In this document: positions 45,734 to 64,000 of the stretch, one piece after another
Layout of the letters: each line of letters begins with the position of its first letter
How positions within the stretch are numbered: the first letter of the stretch is position 1
Source of the DNA: the human T2T-CHM13v2.0 reference genome, Homo sapiens
Assembly (NCBI RefSeq): GCF_009914755.1
Contig: NC_060925.1
Length of the DNA stretch: 64,000 nucleotides
Strand: one strand, 5' to 3'
Notes under the pieces: generated by a model
Told to the model about the DNA's origin: nothing
The model's database searches: none
What the model saw: the letters and a program-made list of their open reading frames with translations, nothing else
Translations under genes and position numbers: made by a program

Positions 45734-46320
45734 CTGCTGAAATAGTAAGTATGAGTTTATTATATCCTATATTCCAAAAGCTAGTCTCACATGACTACTT
45801 CTAGATATATACACTTTACAGATATCCAATTGTTTTTGTTTGTGTCATCTGATACATTTTATAATGTGTACCAGTTTCTCTAGCACATCAAAACCAAATG
45901 AATATTCTATCACATTATGAGTTTCCTGTTTTATTTTCAAATTCTTATTGACATTGATGCTTTCTGCTTAATTACATGTGAGCTTGGATTTGGTTTATTC
46001 TAATCTAATTAAAGTTAAAGATGGTCTTATGTTATGTGCTATCATTATCTACCCACTCCCACCCACCAAAATAATTAGAAGGCTAATTAAATCAGTATCT
46101 AAAATAAGGTATGAGGAAATTTCACAAGGTGAGTTCTGCTTTAGCTTGATGTTTTATGTTCTTATAAGTCAAAATTCACTTCTAACATGGAAATAAAAAT
46201 AGAATGGGGACTCTCACTTTTGGCATTTTTCATTATTTGATCAATTTATTGGGAAATACCAGAATATTTGATTAGTTCATGCTCAAAACATCCTTTGAAG
46301 CAAACTAAATGTTTTTAGAA

Positions 46321-46505
46321 TAGTGATTTTCAAAGTGTGGCCCCCAGGCCAGCAGCATCAGCAAAATCTGGAACTTGTGAGAAATACAAATTCTCAGATC
46401 TTCTCCCAGACCTAGTAAATTAGAAACTCTGGAGGTAGGGCCCAGCAATCTGTGTTTGAACAAGCTCTCCAAACTGTAATACACATGAAAGTTTGAGAAC
46501 CACTG
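46321..46505. mobile_element. MER5A (hAT-Charlie MITE), complete
   Basis: TAGTG...CACTG termini; 8-bp TSD TTTTAGAA at 46313-46320 and 46506-46513. Confidence 0.88.
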
Positions 46506-46619
46506 TTTTAGAAATTATCTGTTTATGTTCCATCAGTGTAAAAACAAACATGACCAACTCTACTACAACCAGATTTGACTGCTAATGTTTTTATCTAAGC
46601 TACTTAAAATAAAACTTAC

Positions 46620-46701
46620 AGGACATTTTGCTTAGAGATGATTCTCTCAAATTTGTAGGCTCCTGCTCCAAATGTGGTGCGTACTGGATTTCTGGCTTAG
46701 A
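46620..46701 (-). CDS. TMEM59: TMEM59 coding exon 5 (SKPEIQY...LSKMS)
   Basis: 82 nt, TTTAG| acceptor, T|GTAAGT donor. Confidence 0.95.
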
Positions 46702-48268
46702 CTAAAATAATAATGAAAGCAATTAAGTCATTTGTACTTCTTTAGCTTTTTTCAGTAACAAGTTCTAAAACAAATCATCTCTTTAAACATTTAAATTGAG
46801 AAAAAGTAGCAGAAATACTGTATAAAAAATAAAACACATTAACCACAATATATTTTAATTGCACTTCCTAAACATCAGAGCCAGTGCCTTGCAAAGAAAC
46901 AGATTTCTGGCAGATTTATGTTAGTTTAACTTCCTGACAACGTTTTGTTTTGTTTTTTTTTTTTTTTAAAGGGAGAGAGGGACAAATCATGACATACTAC
47001 ATTAAATACTATACCTTGCAGAAATGAGTTCTAATTCTAGTTGATCAGGAATAATTTATCAGACTGCCAAAACTTTTGGCTAAATACACATTATCTCTAT
47101 TTATTCTCATATGAAACATTATATTCTTCCCTAAGTATGAGGAATCCATAAATTACAGCCAAACACTCCATACTTTTTACATCTTGTGTATAGTTCTGAT
47201 CCTCTAGAATGGGGGTTTCTGCATCCCAGTTATGCTCAAATTCACACAGACTTTAGAGAGACACAGAGCTAATCTCCTATCTAATGAGGAATGAATGAGG
47301 GCTTCACTCTGAGAGTCAACTTATGCCTTGAGGTAAGTAGCTTTAGGACCTAGAACTTGTTCATGAATTTAAAGAGAAAATTCCTGTGTTTTACTTATTA
47401 CCAAATTAAGTAGAGGGGACCCAAGGTTCAGGGGAGTGCTAAAAATCACATACCAGCCATACATTAAGCCACTTACTTAGCTACAGTACTTAAAAGGTTT
47501 ACTTTATTACCTGAGAGGAAGACAGTGCCACAACATAAACTCTGTTGACTGGTAAATTTGAGGAATTCAACTACTGAATTAAAAGCATGGTAGGGTAGTA
47601 TATGGGCCTTGGTGCTAAAGTGCCCTGGGTTTGAAGCTTAATTCTGTTACTTATTGGCCGTGAAACTGCAACAAGTTACTCTCACCTTCCTCATAATAAA
47701 ACAGGAATAATACAACCTCATAAAGTTGTTTGAAGATGTGAGAGAATATATCTAGCACAATATAACCTCCAGGGAATAACAGTTATTATCATGTGGTAAA
47801 CGATGAGATAGGAGACATTACTTCTCTAGGCAAAATACTTCTTCAACAAGTTCTCTTATTAGAGTCATGAGTAAAAGCACTGTAAAAAACTAAAAATTAT
47901 GTCATATTGCTTTTATCTGATATCCATATGTAATCATATATGGCCACTATTTATGTTCGAAGTATATTAATTATTGTCTCTCATATTTAAAAATTTCATT
48001 TTATCAATTTAACCACCATAAAATTTAAAAGACTCAAGAGTTCTGGTTACATAAAAACTAATGGGCTTTAGATTAGGCTTCTAACGGGCAAAGGGAAGGG
48101 TAATAAAACTGATGTCTAATATTTTAATGTAGGGCCAAATAAGTAATTATTATTTGATGATAAATATTTGTAAGTGACTGAGTATGGTTCTATGCTGAAA
48201 CACTCATTTAAGACATATACATTTACTGTTGTTAGTATTTAGATGAATCCATGAAGCTCAGTTGTCAC

Positions 48269-48421
48269 CTGGAATATAACTATTTTTCCGTCATCGGCTT
48301 GAAGATAAAAAGTCCATGAAGAGGTTATGAAGCTCTGTGCGGAGTCCATCATGTCACTCCAGAATGACCTCACCAGAGTTAGAGGAAAGAGTAGGTGCAT
48401 TTTTGGCATCAGGGACATAAG
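48269..48421 (-). CDS. TMEM59: TMEM59 coding exon 4 (LMSLMPK...KIVIFQ)
   Basis: 153 nt, TTTAG| acceptor, CAG|GTGACA donor. Confidence 0.95.
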
Positions 48422-48956
48422 CTAAAAATAAAATAAATAATGAGAAATATATTATTTTTATATATGTATATTCAAAAGAACAATATAATCAAGATTACTC
48501 CAATCCTTATTGGGACAGGATACAAACAATTAAATACATCTACCATAATCAATAGCATTAGAGTAAACTCTTAGTTATCTATGCACATTATGGTAAAGCT
48601 TAAAAACCAAGGATACTTTAATTTGCCACCAAACACACTTACTAGCTACCTGTCACCTCTATCAGAATAACAGGCTTTTGAATTAAGTCCAAAAATAAGA
48701 AGACTCTTAAGATGTAATTAAATAAGGACCAGCAAGGCCTTAAGGGTAGAACGGGAAGGGACAAATCGTATCATTCTCATCTTTAATGCTTTCATCAAGA
48801 ATAAATCATGCTATAATGAACATCAATGGAAAAGAGAACGGAAAAAATCAATCAGAAGAATATATACATAAAATGGTAGACATCTGACAACACGACAGGG
48901 TGAAGGGAGTATTTATGGGCTGAATATATGTAGTAAGCTACTGATAAGATTTTAAT

Positions 48957-49334
<378 letters not shown>

Positions 49335-50594
49335 CTAAAGCACAAGTGTGGGATGCCATTTACTAAACTCTAGGGATAGCTTTGGTTCTGCTTTGTTTCT
49401 TTTTTCATCTGTTTTTTTTTTTTTTTTTTGAGACAGTGTCTCGCTCTGTCACCCAGGCTGGAGTGCAGTGGTATCTATGGTAGCACTTGGGCCCAGAAGC
49501 TTGAGGCCAGCCTGGGTAATATAGTGAGATCCTCATCTCTAAAAAACATAAAAATAAAAAATGCATATACCTCTTAACTCAGCAATTCTAGCCCTATGAT
49601 TTTATTCTACAGGTATACTCACAAATGTGCAAAATAGGTATCATTTACAAAAGAAAAAGATTAGGAACAACCTACATGTTCACAAATAAGGGACTGCCTA
49701 AAAAATTATAATATATCTACACAGAATATTATGTAGTAGAAAAAAATTAGTAGAAGCTCTTTATGTATACTTATATTTACAAAATATATGTGTACATCCT
49801 TGTATACGCATAACATATCTATGCATTAGTAACCTTGGCTACATTCAAGAGGGAAAACTGAGTGGCTAAGAGACAGGAGTGGGAGACTTTTCACTATATG
49901 TATACTCTTTTTATCTTTTGAGTTTGTACATGTGACTATTTCCTGTGCAAAAATCAATAAAATTAAGAAACTTTTCCCAGTATGTCTGGAGAATAGAGTA
50001 TGAAATTCCCTTGTCAGGAATTTTAAGAGATGGCATTGGAGCAGTAATCAGGAGTAGGTTGTGATAAACAGTTTGGACTTAAATCTATATGTAATTGGGA
50101 GCTACTGATTATATAAGACAGGAGAATGGCATGATGAAATTTAGAAAAAAAAATCTGGACACAGCAAAGGATGGAGTTAGACAGGGTTAAATTAGAAAAA
50201 CAGTTTGGAAGTTAATTTAAAAATACAGACAAGAAATGATTATCTGAGTTAAGGCAATGGCAACTGTCCAATGGGAGTTGGGATGGAGAAAAAGAACTCT
50301 GAAATAATTCCTCTGAGCCTTGGTTTTTTCATATGTAAAATGAGGATAATATCTTCACTGGAATGTGAGAAGAAACAAAATAAGATTATGAACGTAAGCA
50401 TAACTTTTAATAGTAAAGCATTATACAAAAGCAATTATTCAACTGACTTTTCTATTTGCAAACTAATTTTGTTTGCTGAAAGCCAAATATAAAATATAAC
50501 ACTAAAATAGGATCAAGTGGGTGATAAACACTTCAAGCAATACAAGTCAGTGCCATCTAAGCAGGCTAGTTTGAAAGGCAGTATTGTTTCGTAC

Positions 50595-50689
50595 TTGTTC
50601 TTGTCTCAGTTCAGCGAATGGCAGCTGATTCTGGCAACCAAGATGGCAAGCATATTGCTCATCAGATTGGGAATATGCTTCTGTACATG
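50595..50689 (-). CDS. TMEM59: TMEM59 coding exon 3 (CTEAYSQSDEQYACHLGC...RQEQ)
   Basis: 95 nt, TACAG| acceptor, CAA|GTACGA donor. Confidence 0.95.
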
Positions 50690-52169
50690 CTGTAAGAGAA
50701 AAATAGTCAAATTACAAGAAACAAAAGAGAAAGGGAAAGAGGAAAGAAAAGGATTTGGCATTTTATTAAAAAAATTTTTATACTTAAAAAGGTTTCATCA
50801 ATGTGAATTTCCAAATTTGGTAATATAGTAGTAGGAAATGTATCTTTAACAGAACTCCATATTGTCTCCCTCCTACAAGTCAAATGTTTTAGATACAAAT
50901 CTATTAATTATACACCCAGGCTCTGGCCACATGATGACATTCATATAAGAGGATCCTTGTGTGGTGGAAAATGCACTGGATTGGCATCCTGAAGATGCCA
51001 CTCAAAAAGGTTTAGTTCCATCATTTGTTGGTGTGTGTGACCTGAGCTGAGCAGTTTAACCTCTGACTATTGATTTCTATATGTGTAAAATAGAAATACC
51101 ACAACCTATTGTATAGGGTTGAATGAAATAATATATTTTAATGATTTATACAAATATAAGGTATTATTGTTAAGAACCAGATCACTCAGTTAAGAAGTAA
51201 GGGTATGCACATGGCAAAAGAAAAATAAAACAATCAGCCTAACATCTGAAAGTCTAAGAAAATTGAACTAGAAAATGTTCTACAGCAGATAATTCTAATG
51301 TTGAAATGGGTCTCTACCAGATATACTCTCATTTAGTTCATTAAATCCATTTCCTTCTTGTGATATAACATTTTACCACTATCCTAATTTTATTTTTTCC
51401 CAACTCAGTAATGCATTTGTAATACACTTCTCAGAAGTGCTAGATAATAAACTGGACAGCATTATGCATATATAAAGATGATCAGTTAGGAGACTAAGCC
51501 GCAAAAATACGGTTATGATATCAAAGAAGACTGTATGTGAGCCATGGCATAGTGATAGGGGAAAAGGTGCCTCCTTCTACACTAATAAACAGTGTAACGA
51601 GTGGAGAATATTCCATTATAGTTATTTAAAAAGTTAAACGTCAATTGTGTCCTGATTATAGGTTTCTTTTGTTAAACATATTGCTTTCAGCAAAAAGAAA
51701 GAAAAGTGGTTTAACAGATGACAAAGCCTCTGGCTACTTATTTTAATGGCCTGACCAATGAATAATATGCTATTAAATACTGAGTCAAAGGCCTGATTCA
51801 GTAAAAAACTTGGAGATAAGTCGATGAACTTATGATTGAAAGGTTTAGGAAAATTATACTATCTGTGAAAAGGTAGTAATGAATTGTGAGTAGGGTAATT
51901 ATACTGCATTTGTCTGACAGAATGCTTGGTTAAACAAAGGTGTCCTATTCATAGCAGAAAATAAACACTGTCTCAACAAACAGATGAAATTTAAAGCCCA
52001 TGAAATTTCTAGCAGCAGCTACGAAAACTCTTAGATCCATAATAATTACAATATGTTAGATGACTAGTTTCAACAGTGTGTTTTCCATTTCCTAAAGAAA
52101 ATACTTCAAAAGCTTATCACAAAGAAAACAATGTTACATACAGCTGATGTCGTTAGCATAGCATCTTAC

Positions 52170-52275
52170 CAGATTCACATTCCAATTTAGTTCGATTTAA
52201 GTCAATTCCATCATCCACAAACTGACAAATTGAAAACAGCCTGCAACCTCTCTGACATGCGTACAACTCCTCTTC
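52170..52275 (-). CDS. TMEM59: TMEM59 coding exon 2 (EEELYACQRGC...LECES)
   Basis: 106 nt, CCTAG| acceptor, G|GTAAGA donor. Confidence 0.95.
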
Positions 52276-52581
52276 CTAGGGAGTTCAAGAACAGGAAGGG
52301 TTACCAAAAAATAGTATTTTTTTTTCCTCAGGGGAAAACAGGTTAGGAAGAAAGCAGTTAGTAAAGTTTATTACAAATCGTCCAGTAAGTTTCATAACTG
52401 AAAGAAAAAAATGATAGGAGCCAGTTGATACTCAAGACCTTTGCCATATAGAGGTTTTAGTTCCTTATTTTAAAAGTGATACGAAGAAAAAAGCCTAGTA
52501 GGTAAAACCACCACCCTTTTTCCATTTTCTTTGGTTACAATCTGTGGGGGGGAAAAATTAAAAATAAAACTAATAGTGACA

Positions 52582-56057
<3,476 letters not shown>

Positions 56058-57902
56058 GAATATGTTTAATGCAAGTTTATTAATAGGAGGCAGCATAGTG
56101 TAGCCAGTTTTAAGCTGAATTCCTGCTCCACTATTTCTTGGGTATGTGACCTTAGGCAAGTCACTTAACCTTTCAGAGCCTCAATTTCCTTAATTTTAAA
56201 ACCCTACTTTACAGGGTTGTTGTGAGAATTAGGGATAATGGTATGATAAATCTCCCATCACTCTGGCTAACAGTGGAGTCTATATAAATTTCAAGTCCAG
56301 GACCTATAGGGAGCCAGATGATTTGGAGTTCTTTGTGAGAAAAGCTTTAATAAATAAGTAAAAATAGTTTATAGATATAACACCAATTGTTAGAAAATAG
56401 TGGACATTATTAAAGTACCTACAACTTCCAGGAAGGTATCCTTTCAAATTATTTGATTATTTTCCCAACATTCTGGTTTATACCACAAAATTGCCGAGAA
56501 AATCCCAAAAAAGGAAACAAACCCTAGAACAATAGAAAGTAAGTCTCAACCCAATTCCAGGCCAAATCAATATTAATGAGCTTCTTCATACAATCCTCTT
56601 AATGATGAGAAGTTTACAAGAGGTGGAGAAAAATAACGTGGTTAGAAGCAGTATTCATTGATTTAAGTCTGAAGTTAAAACTTCTCACTTCTTTCTCGAT
56701 TGTTACATAAATCTCTGGAAAAATTTAGTACAGTCCCTTCTCCCACACTTTTTTTTGAAAATTGATAATCTCCATGCAGTTTAAAATCCAGCCGTAACAA
56801 AATCTGAGAAGTGCCGGCACTTAGAACTTTTCATTTCAAAGACCTGAAAATACTCGCCAATATGGAACATCCTAAGCTTCACTGGAACTGTCTCCGTAGC
56901 CACTCCAGTTTTAGAGAGCAAGGAGGTCCAGCCACAATGGTTAAGCAAATAGCATAGAGGAGATGAAGGAAAAACGAAGAGGAAACCACCAGCAACATCA
57001 ACAAAAGCTCTCATAAAACAACGTGGGGGAGGGCATATACTCAAATCATACATGGGAAAGGTGTGGTGGGAATCATCAAGCAATTTAGAATGTTGAGTAA
57101 ACAGAGTTCTTAGGCTGAAAAACCAACGTGAAGAGGGTTAGGTATGTAATTAAAAGAAAGGGGGGAAGCATAGAGAGGAGGGCCATTCCTCTCTGTAAGC
57201 TGCGAACCCCCTCCTGTCCACAGTCTCATTTCTTCACCCACTCCACGAATTCCCCGTTTTCTGCACTGAGTGGTCAGTTTCTGGTAGGCAGACACCTAAT
57301 TGCCTCTTCTCTAACCCAGTCCCTCTTGGCAGCGTCTTGGACACAGTAACTCAACATAGGCAGACAGCATTCCTGAGCGTCTCGCTACTCCCTGAGCTGC
57401 CTTCGTGACGCTTTTTATACCACAGTGGAATCGTCTACTTGTCTGACTCCCCGAAGACTGCGCTCCTGGCCCCGAGAGGCGCTTAGTAAACAAGGGTTAT
57501 CAATCAATCATTTGTGGACTCGCGTATCTGCGCCTCCCTTTCTACAATCCCCCCTTACGCTCCCTTAGGTGAGGACCCCGCATTAATCATCCATATCCTC
57601 CCCTATCCTCCTCCGAGTGCTCGACTCCCCTGCAGCCCGGCAAGCTCCCAGAGGAAAGGGATCGCGTCTTTCTCATCTTTGTGTCCCCCAGCCTATCACA
57701 GGGTAGTGCAGGACAAACTTCCGGTAATGACAGCAGAAATGGGGTGCAGGCAGGATTAGGGAGGAAAACAGGAGCTACACAGATGGGAGACAGCGATTGA
57801 AGGGCCGATTTAACAGCCAGGTTGCCAGAGCCGACATACGTGTGGGGAGCCGAGAAATGGGCTGCAAGGGAAGGGTCGCAGCCCGCTCCGGACGGGCCCT
57901 AC

Positions 57903-58091
57903 CTTAGGGTAGGTGTGCAAGGGGTAGGTCAACTGACAGGCCCGGTGGCAAGACGCCGTATCACCCAAGACCGAGTCAAATGCTTCAGCCGAAGCGGTCC
58001 CCGAACCTCCGGCCAAGGCCATGGTCAGCAGCAGCAGCGGCGGGAGCCCCAGTTGGGTCCTCACCCAGAGGCTCCCCTTCGGCGCCGCCAT
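57903..58091 (-). CDS. TMEM59: TMEM59 coding exon 1 (signal peptide; MAAPKGSLWV...LHTYPK)
   Basis: 189 nt; strong Kozak AAGATGG; AAG|GTAGGG donor; recognised protein sequence. Confidence 0.97.
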
Positions 58092-58095
58092 CTTG
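58084..58095 (-). promoter_or_regulatory. YY1 motif overlapping the TMEM59 start codon
   Basis: CAAGATGGCGGC, a perfect YY1 consensus. Confidence 0.7.
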
Positions 58096-58357
58096 TTCCC
58101 CTCTGTCACAGCAGCTCAGCTTGTTGCTGTTTTCTCGGAAGGGTTTCCTCCTCCTCCTGGGGCCAGCCCCCTTCTCCGCCCCACCGACCGTTGCTTCCGC
58201 CTCCGCTGTCACTTCAGCTCCGCCCTCACCCGCCAGAAACTGCCGCCTCCTGCCTCACCTCTGGGACTACGAACTTCTTCTCCTAGGCTGGCGTGAGGAG
58301 GGGAATTCAACCATCGCAAGCGTTAGCGCGAAGCGGGGCCTCCTGACTTCTTCCCTT

Positions 58358-58382
58358 CGCGGGGCAGGCTGGGGCATGTAGT
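58358..58382 (-). promoter_or_regulatory. Second ZNF143/THAP11-type SBS motif
   Basis: ACTACATGCCCCAGCCTGCCCCGCG. Confidence 0.65.
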
Positions 58383-58473
58383 TCTCCGTAGGCGGGAGGC
58401 GCACGGTGCTGTCGGGAAAGTTGGTCTCGGAAAACTACAGCCGCCCTCAGCGCGCCTTCCGCCCGCATTTCTT

Positions 58474-58498
58474 CGCAGTGCATTCTGGGGAATGTGGT
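58474..58498 (-). promoter_or_regulatory. ZNF143/THAP11-type SBS motif
   Basis: ACCACATTCCCCAGAATGCACTGCG compared with consensus ACTACAnnTCCCAnAATGCAyyGCG. Confidence 0.75.
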
Positions 58499-58509
58499 TC
58501 GCTGTGGCC

Positions 58510-58661
58510 CAGAGGCGCGAGGGCCGGCGGAGTTTCTTCAGAGGAACTACCGCCCTGGGAGGAAGCGTCTGTTTAGTTTCAACACAGACGACTGGGCTTG
58601 GGAGCCTACGAGGTTGCAGTCTGGAGGGCGCCAACAGCAGCTACCAGGGCTGCTTTTCCTG
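58510..58661 (+). other. TCEANC2: Probable non-coding exon 1 of TCEANC2 (start approximate)
   Basis: Lies in the CpG island; CTG|GTGGGT donor after 58661; the next exon has an acceptor at 59283. Confidence 0.5.
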
Positions 58662-58981
58662 GTGGGTCTCACGTCAGACCGTTGTTGGGTGCCCCTACCC
58701 GGGCTCCTGAGTGCTGGGAACGAGGAGGATGGGGTTTCTCCTTGTTCGGGGATCCAGAGATTACAGCCGTGGGTAGGGTCCTCTGACCACCGAGCAGTTT
58801 GTTCTAGGGGATGCTGCGTATTGTGAGACCCTCTGCTGAGTTCTGGAGGTGGTTGTCGGTTGCTGATTACCAGGGCAACCCTTGGGATTATGGCTGTGGT
58901 GAGGTGGTTGTTAAGAGGGCGTCACTGAGCCTAATGTAATCCTAACCCTTTCACAGCCCAATCTTATTTGGAAGAGGGCTT

Positions 58982-59057
58982 AGGTGCACGCTCTAGCGGG
59001 GATTCCAATATTGGGCCAATTCCCCCAATGTTGGAATCCTCGCTAGAGCGTGCACTT
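58982..59057 (+). ncRNA. MIR4781: pre-miRNA hairpin mir-4781
   Basis: 34-bp stem (58982-59015 with 59024-59057) and 8-nt loop; sequence and position match the recalled hsa-mir-4781. Confidence 0.88.
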
Positions 59058-59325
59058 CTGGAAGCTAGGAACCTCCTAACTCAGGACGTAGACTGATGAT
59101 TGATTACAGTTTCAATTCTTCGGAAGATCTTTCTTTTAAAGAGAAAATCTTACTTCCTGTCAATTCCACTCGAGGCCCCATAATTCATGAATTCTTCCAG
59201 AGAACTCAATTGTGTTACTTTGGGGAAAAAATATCATGGCAGTCTTTAGTGGGGTTTTAGAATCTGCCCTCTTTCTTGACCAGAACACGCTGCAAGCACG
59301 TCAAGGTAGTCGGAGTCCCCTAACA

Positions 59326-59427
59326 ATGGATAAATTCGTCATTCGAACGCCTAGAATCCAGAATAGCCCTCAGAAGAAAGATTCTGGAGGAAAGGTTTAC
59401 AAGCAGGCCACGATTGAATCTCTGAAG
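59326..59427 (+). CDS. TCEANC2: TCEANC2 first coding exon (MDKFVIRTPRIQNSPQKKDSGGKVYKQATIESLK); exon begins at 59284; gene continues beyond the window
   Basis: Pyrimidine tract and CAG| at 59283, ACAATGG Kozak, AAG|GTGAGA donor; recognised N-terminus. Confidence 0.92.
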
Positions 59428-59782
59428 GTGAGAGGGGATCTGGGGCTAGAGGAAATGTGCAAAGGACTGATAGCAAGGTGGTGCTAGAGGTTCTGTTGTG
59501 GAAAGACCTATGAATTATTTCTTGTTATGCCTCCTCCTCAAAGTGTACCTGACCACTCCTCCTTTGTTTCGCCCATAGCTGTACAGACTTACATTTATAA
59601 ATTTCTGCACACCCCTGCTACACCCTTGTAATTACTCCGGTTTACACCATGTGTGCTAGCTCGTAGGACAAGTCCCCTTCGTTGTTATTCTTTTGCAAAA
59701 TGTAGTCTGTTAGGAATGTTAAAGTACCAAATATGATTCTATATACCTACCCTGTACAAACTTATTAAGGGGTGGGCTTTGA

Positions 59783-63857
<4,075 letters not shown>

Positions 63858-64000
63858 TCTTGCTGTTCTTTGTATAAGCTCTTCCCTTCCATGCCTTCAG
63901 GGCTTCCTTGAACTTGATGCTTGTCCCTTTTCCTTGAAAGCCCTTCTGTTTCTTTTTACAGAGTCAATTTCTACCCATTTGTCAACCCACTCAAGAACTA

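Larger units (their letters stand above)
57830..58800. promoter_or_regulatory. CpG island / bidirectional promoter shared by TMEM59 (-) and TCEANC2 (+)
   Basis: High GC and CpG density against CpG-poor flanks; head-to-head genes; ZNF143-like and YY1 motifs. Confidence 0.9.

Noticed and set aside
57810-58109. 99-aa single-exon ORF starting MTEGNK
   Set aside because: TMEM59 exon 1 read through into intron 1 from an upstream GTG; the real ATG is at 58091 and the donor follows 57903

Overview
Human-like (primate) genomic DNA, recognisable as the LDLRAD1 - TMEM59 - MIR4781 - TCEANC2 locus (human 1p32.3, from recall of the protein sequences). Two complete minus-strand genes were reconstructed exon by exon, with GT-AG boundaries and consistent phases: LDLRAD1 (6 coding exons, 618 nt, 205 aa) and TMEM59 (8 coding exons, 972 nt, 323 aa). 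TMEM59 shares a CpG-rich bidirectional promoter, carrying ZNF143-like and YY1 motifs, with plus-strand TCEANC2, of which only the first coding exon is in the window. The mir-4781 hairpin lies in TCEANC2 intron 1. The rest is repeat-dense: more than 40 Alus including a very young AluYb8/9, nested L1s, an LTR12C-type LTR inside a THE1 LTR, a solo LTR7, LTR16, MER5A, and MIR/L2. I see no wholly new gene system. The best candidates for undescribed biology are: (i) a 17-bp minisatellite made of copies of the LDLRAD1 exon-1 splice donor; (ii) a fossil DD41D-type Tc1/mariner transposase core in TMEM59 intron 7; (iii) a copy of the LDLRAD1 poly(A) region downstream of an LTR12C promoter; (iv) a candidate dual-donor cassette exon and an Alu-flanked circularisable exon block in TMEM59. 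All alignments were made by eye, and repeat boundaries are approximate unless TSDs are given.
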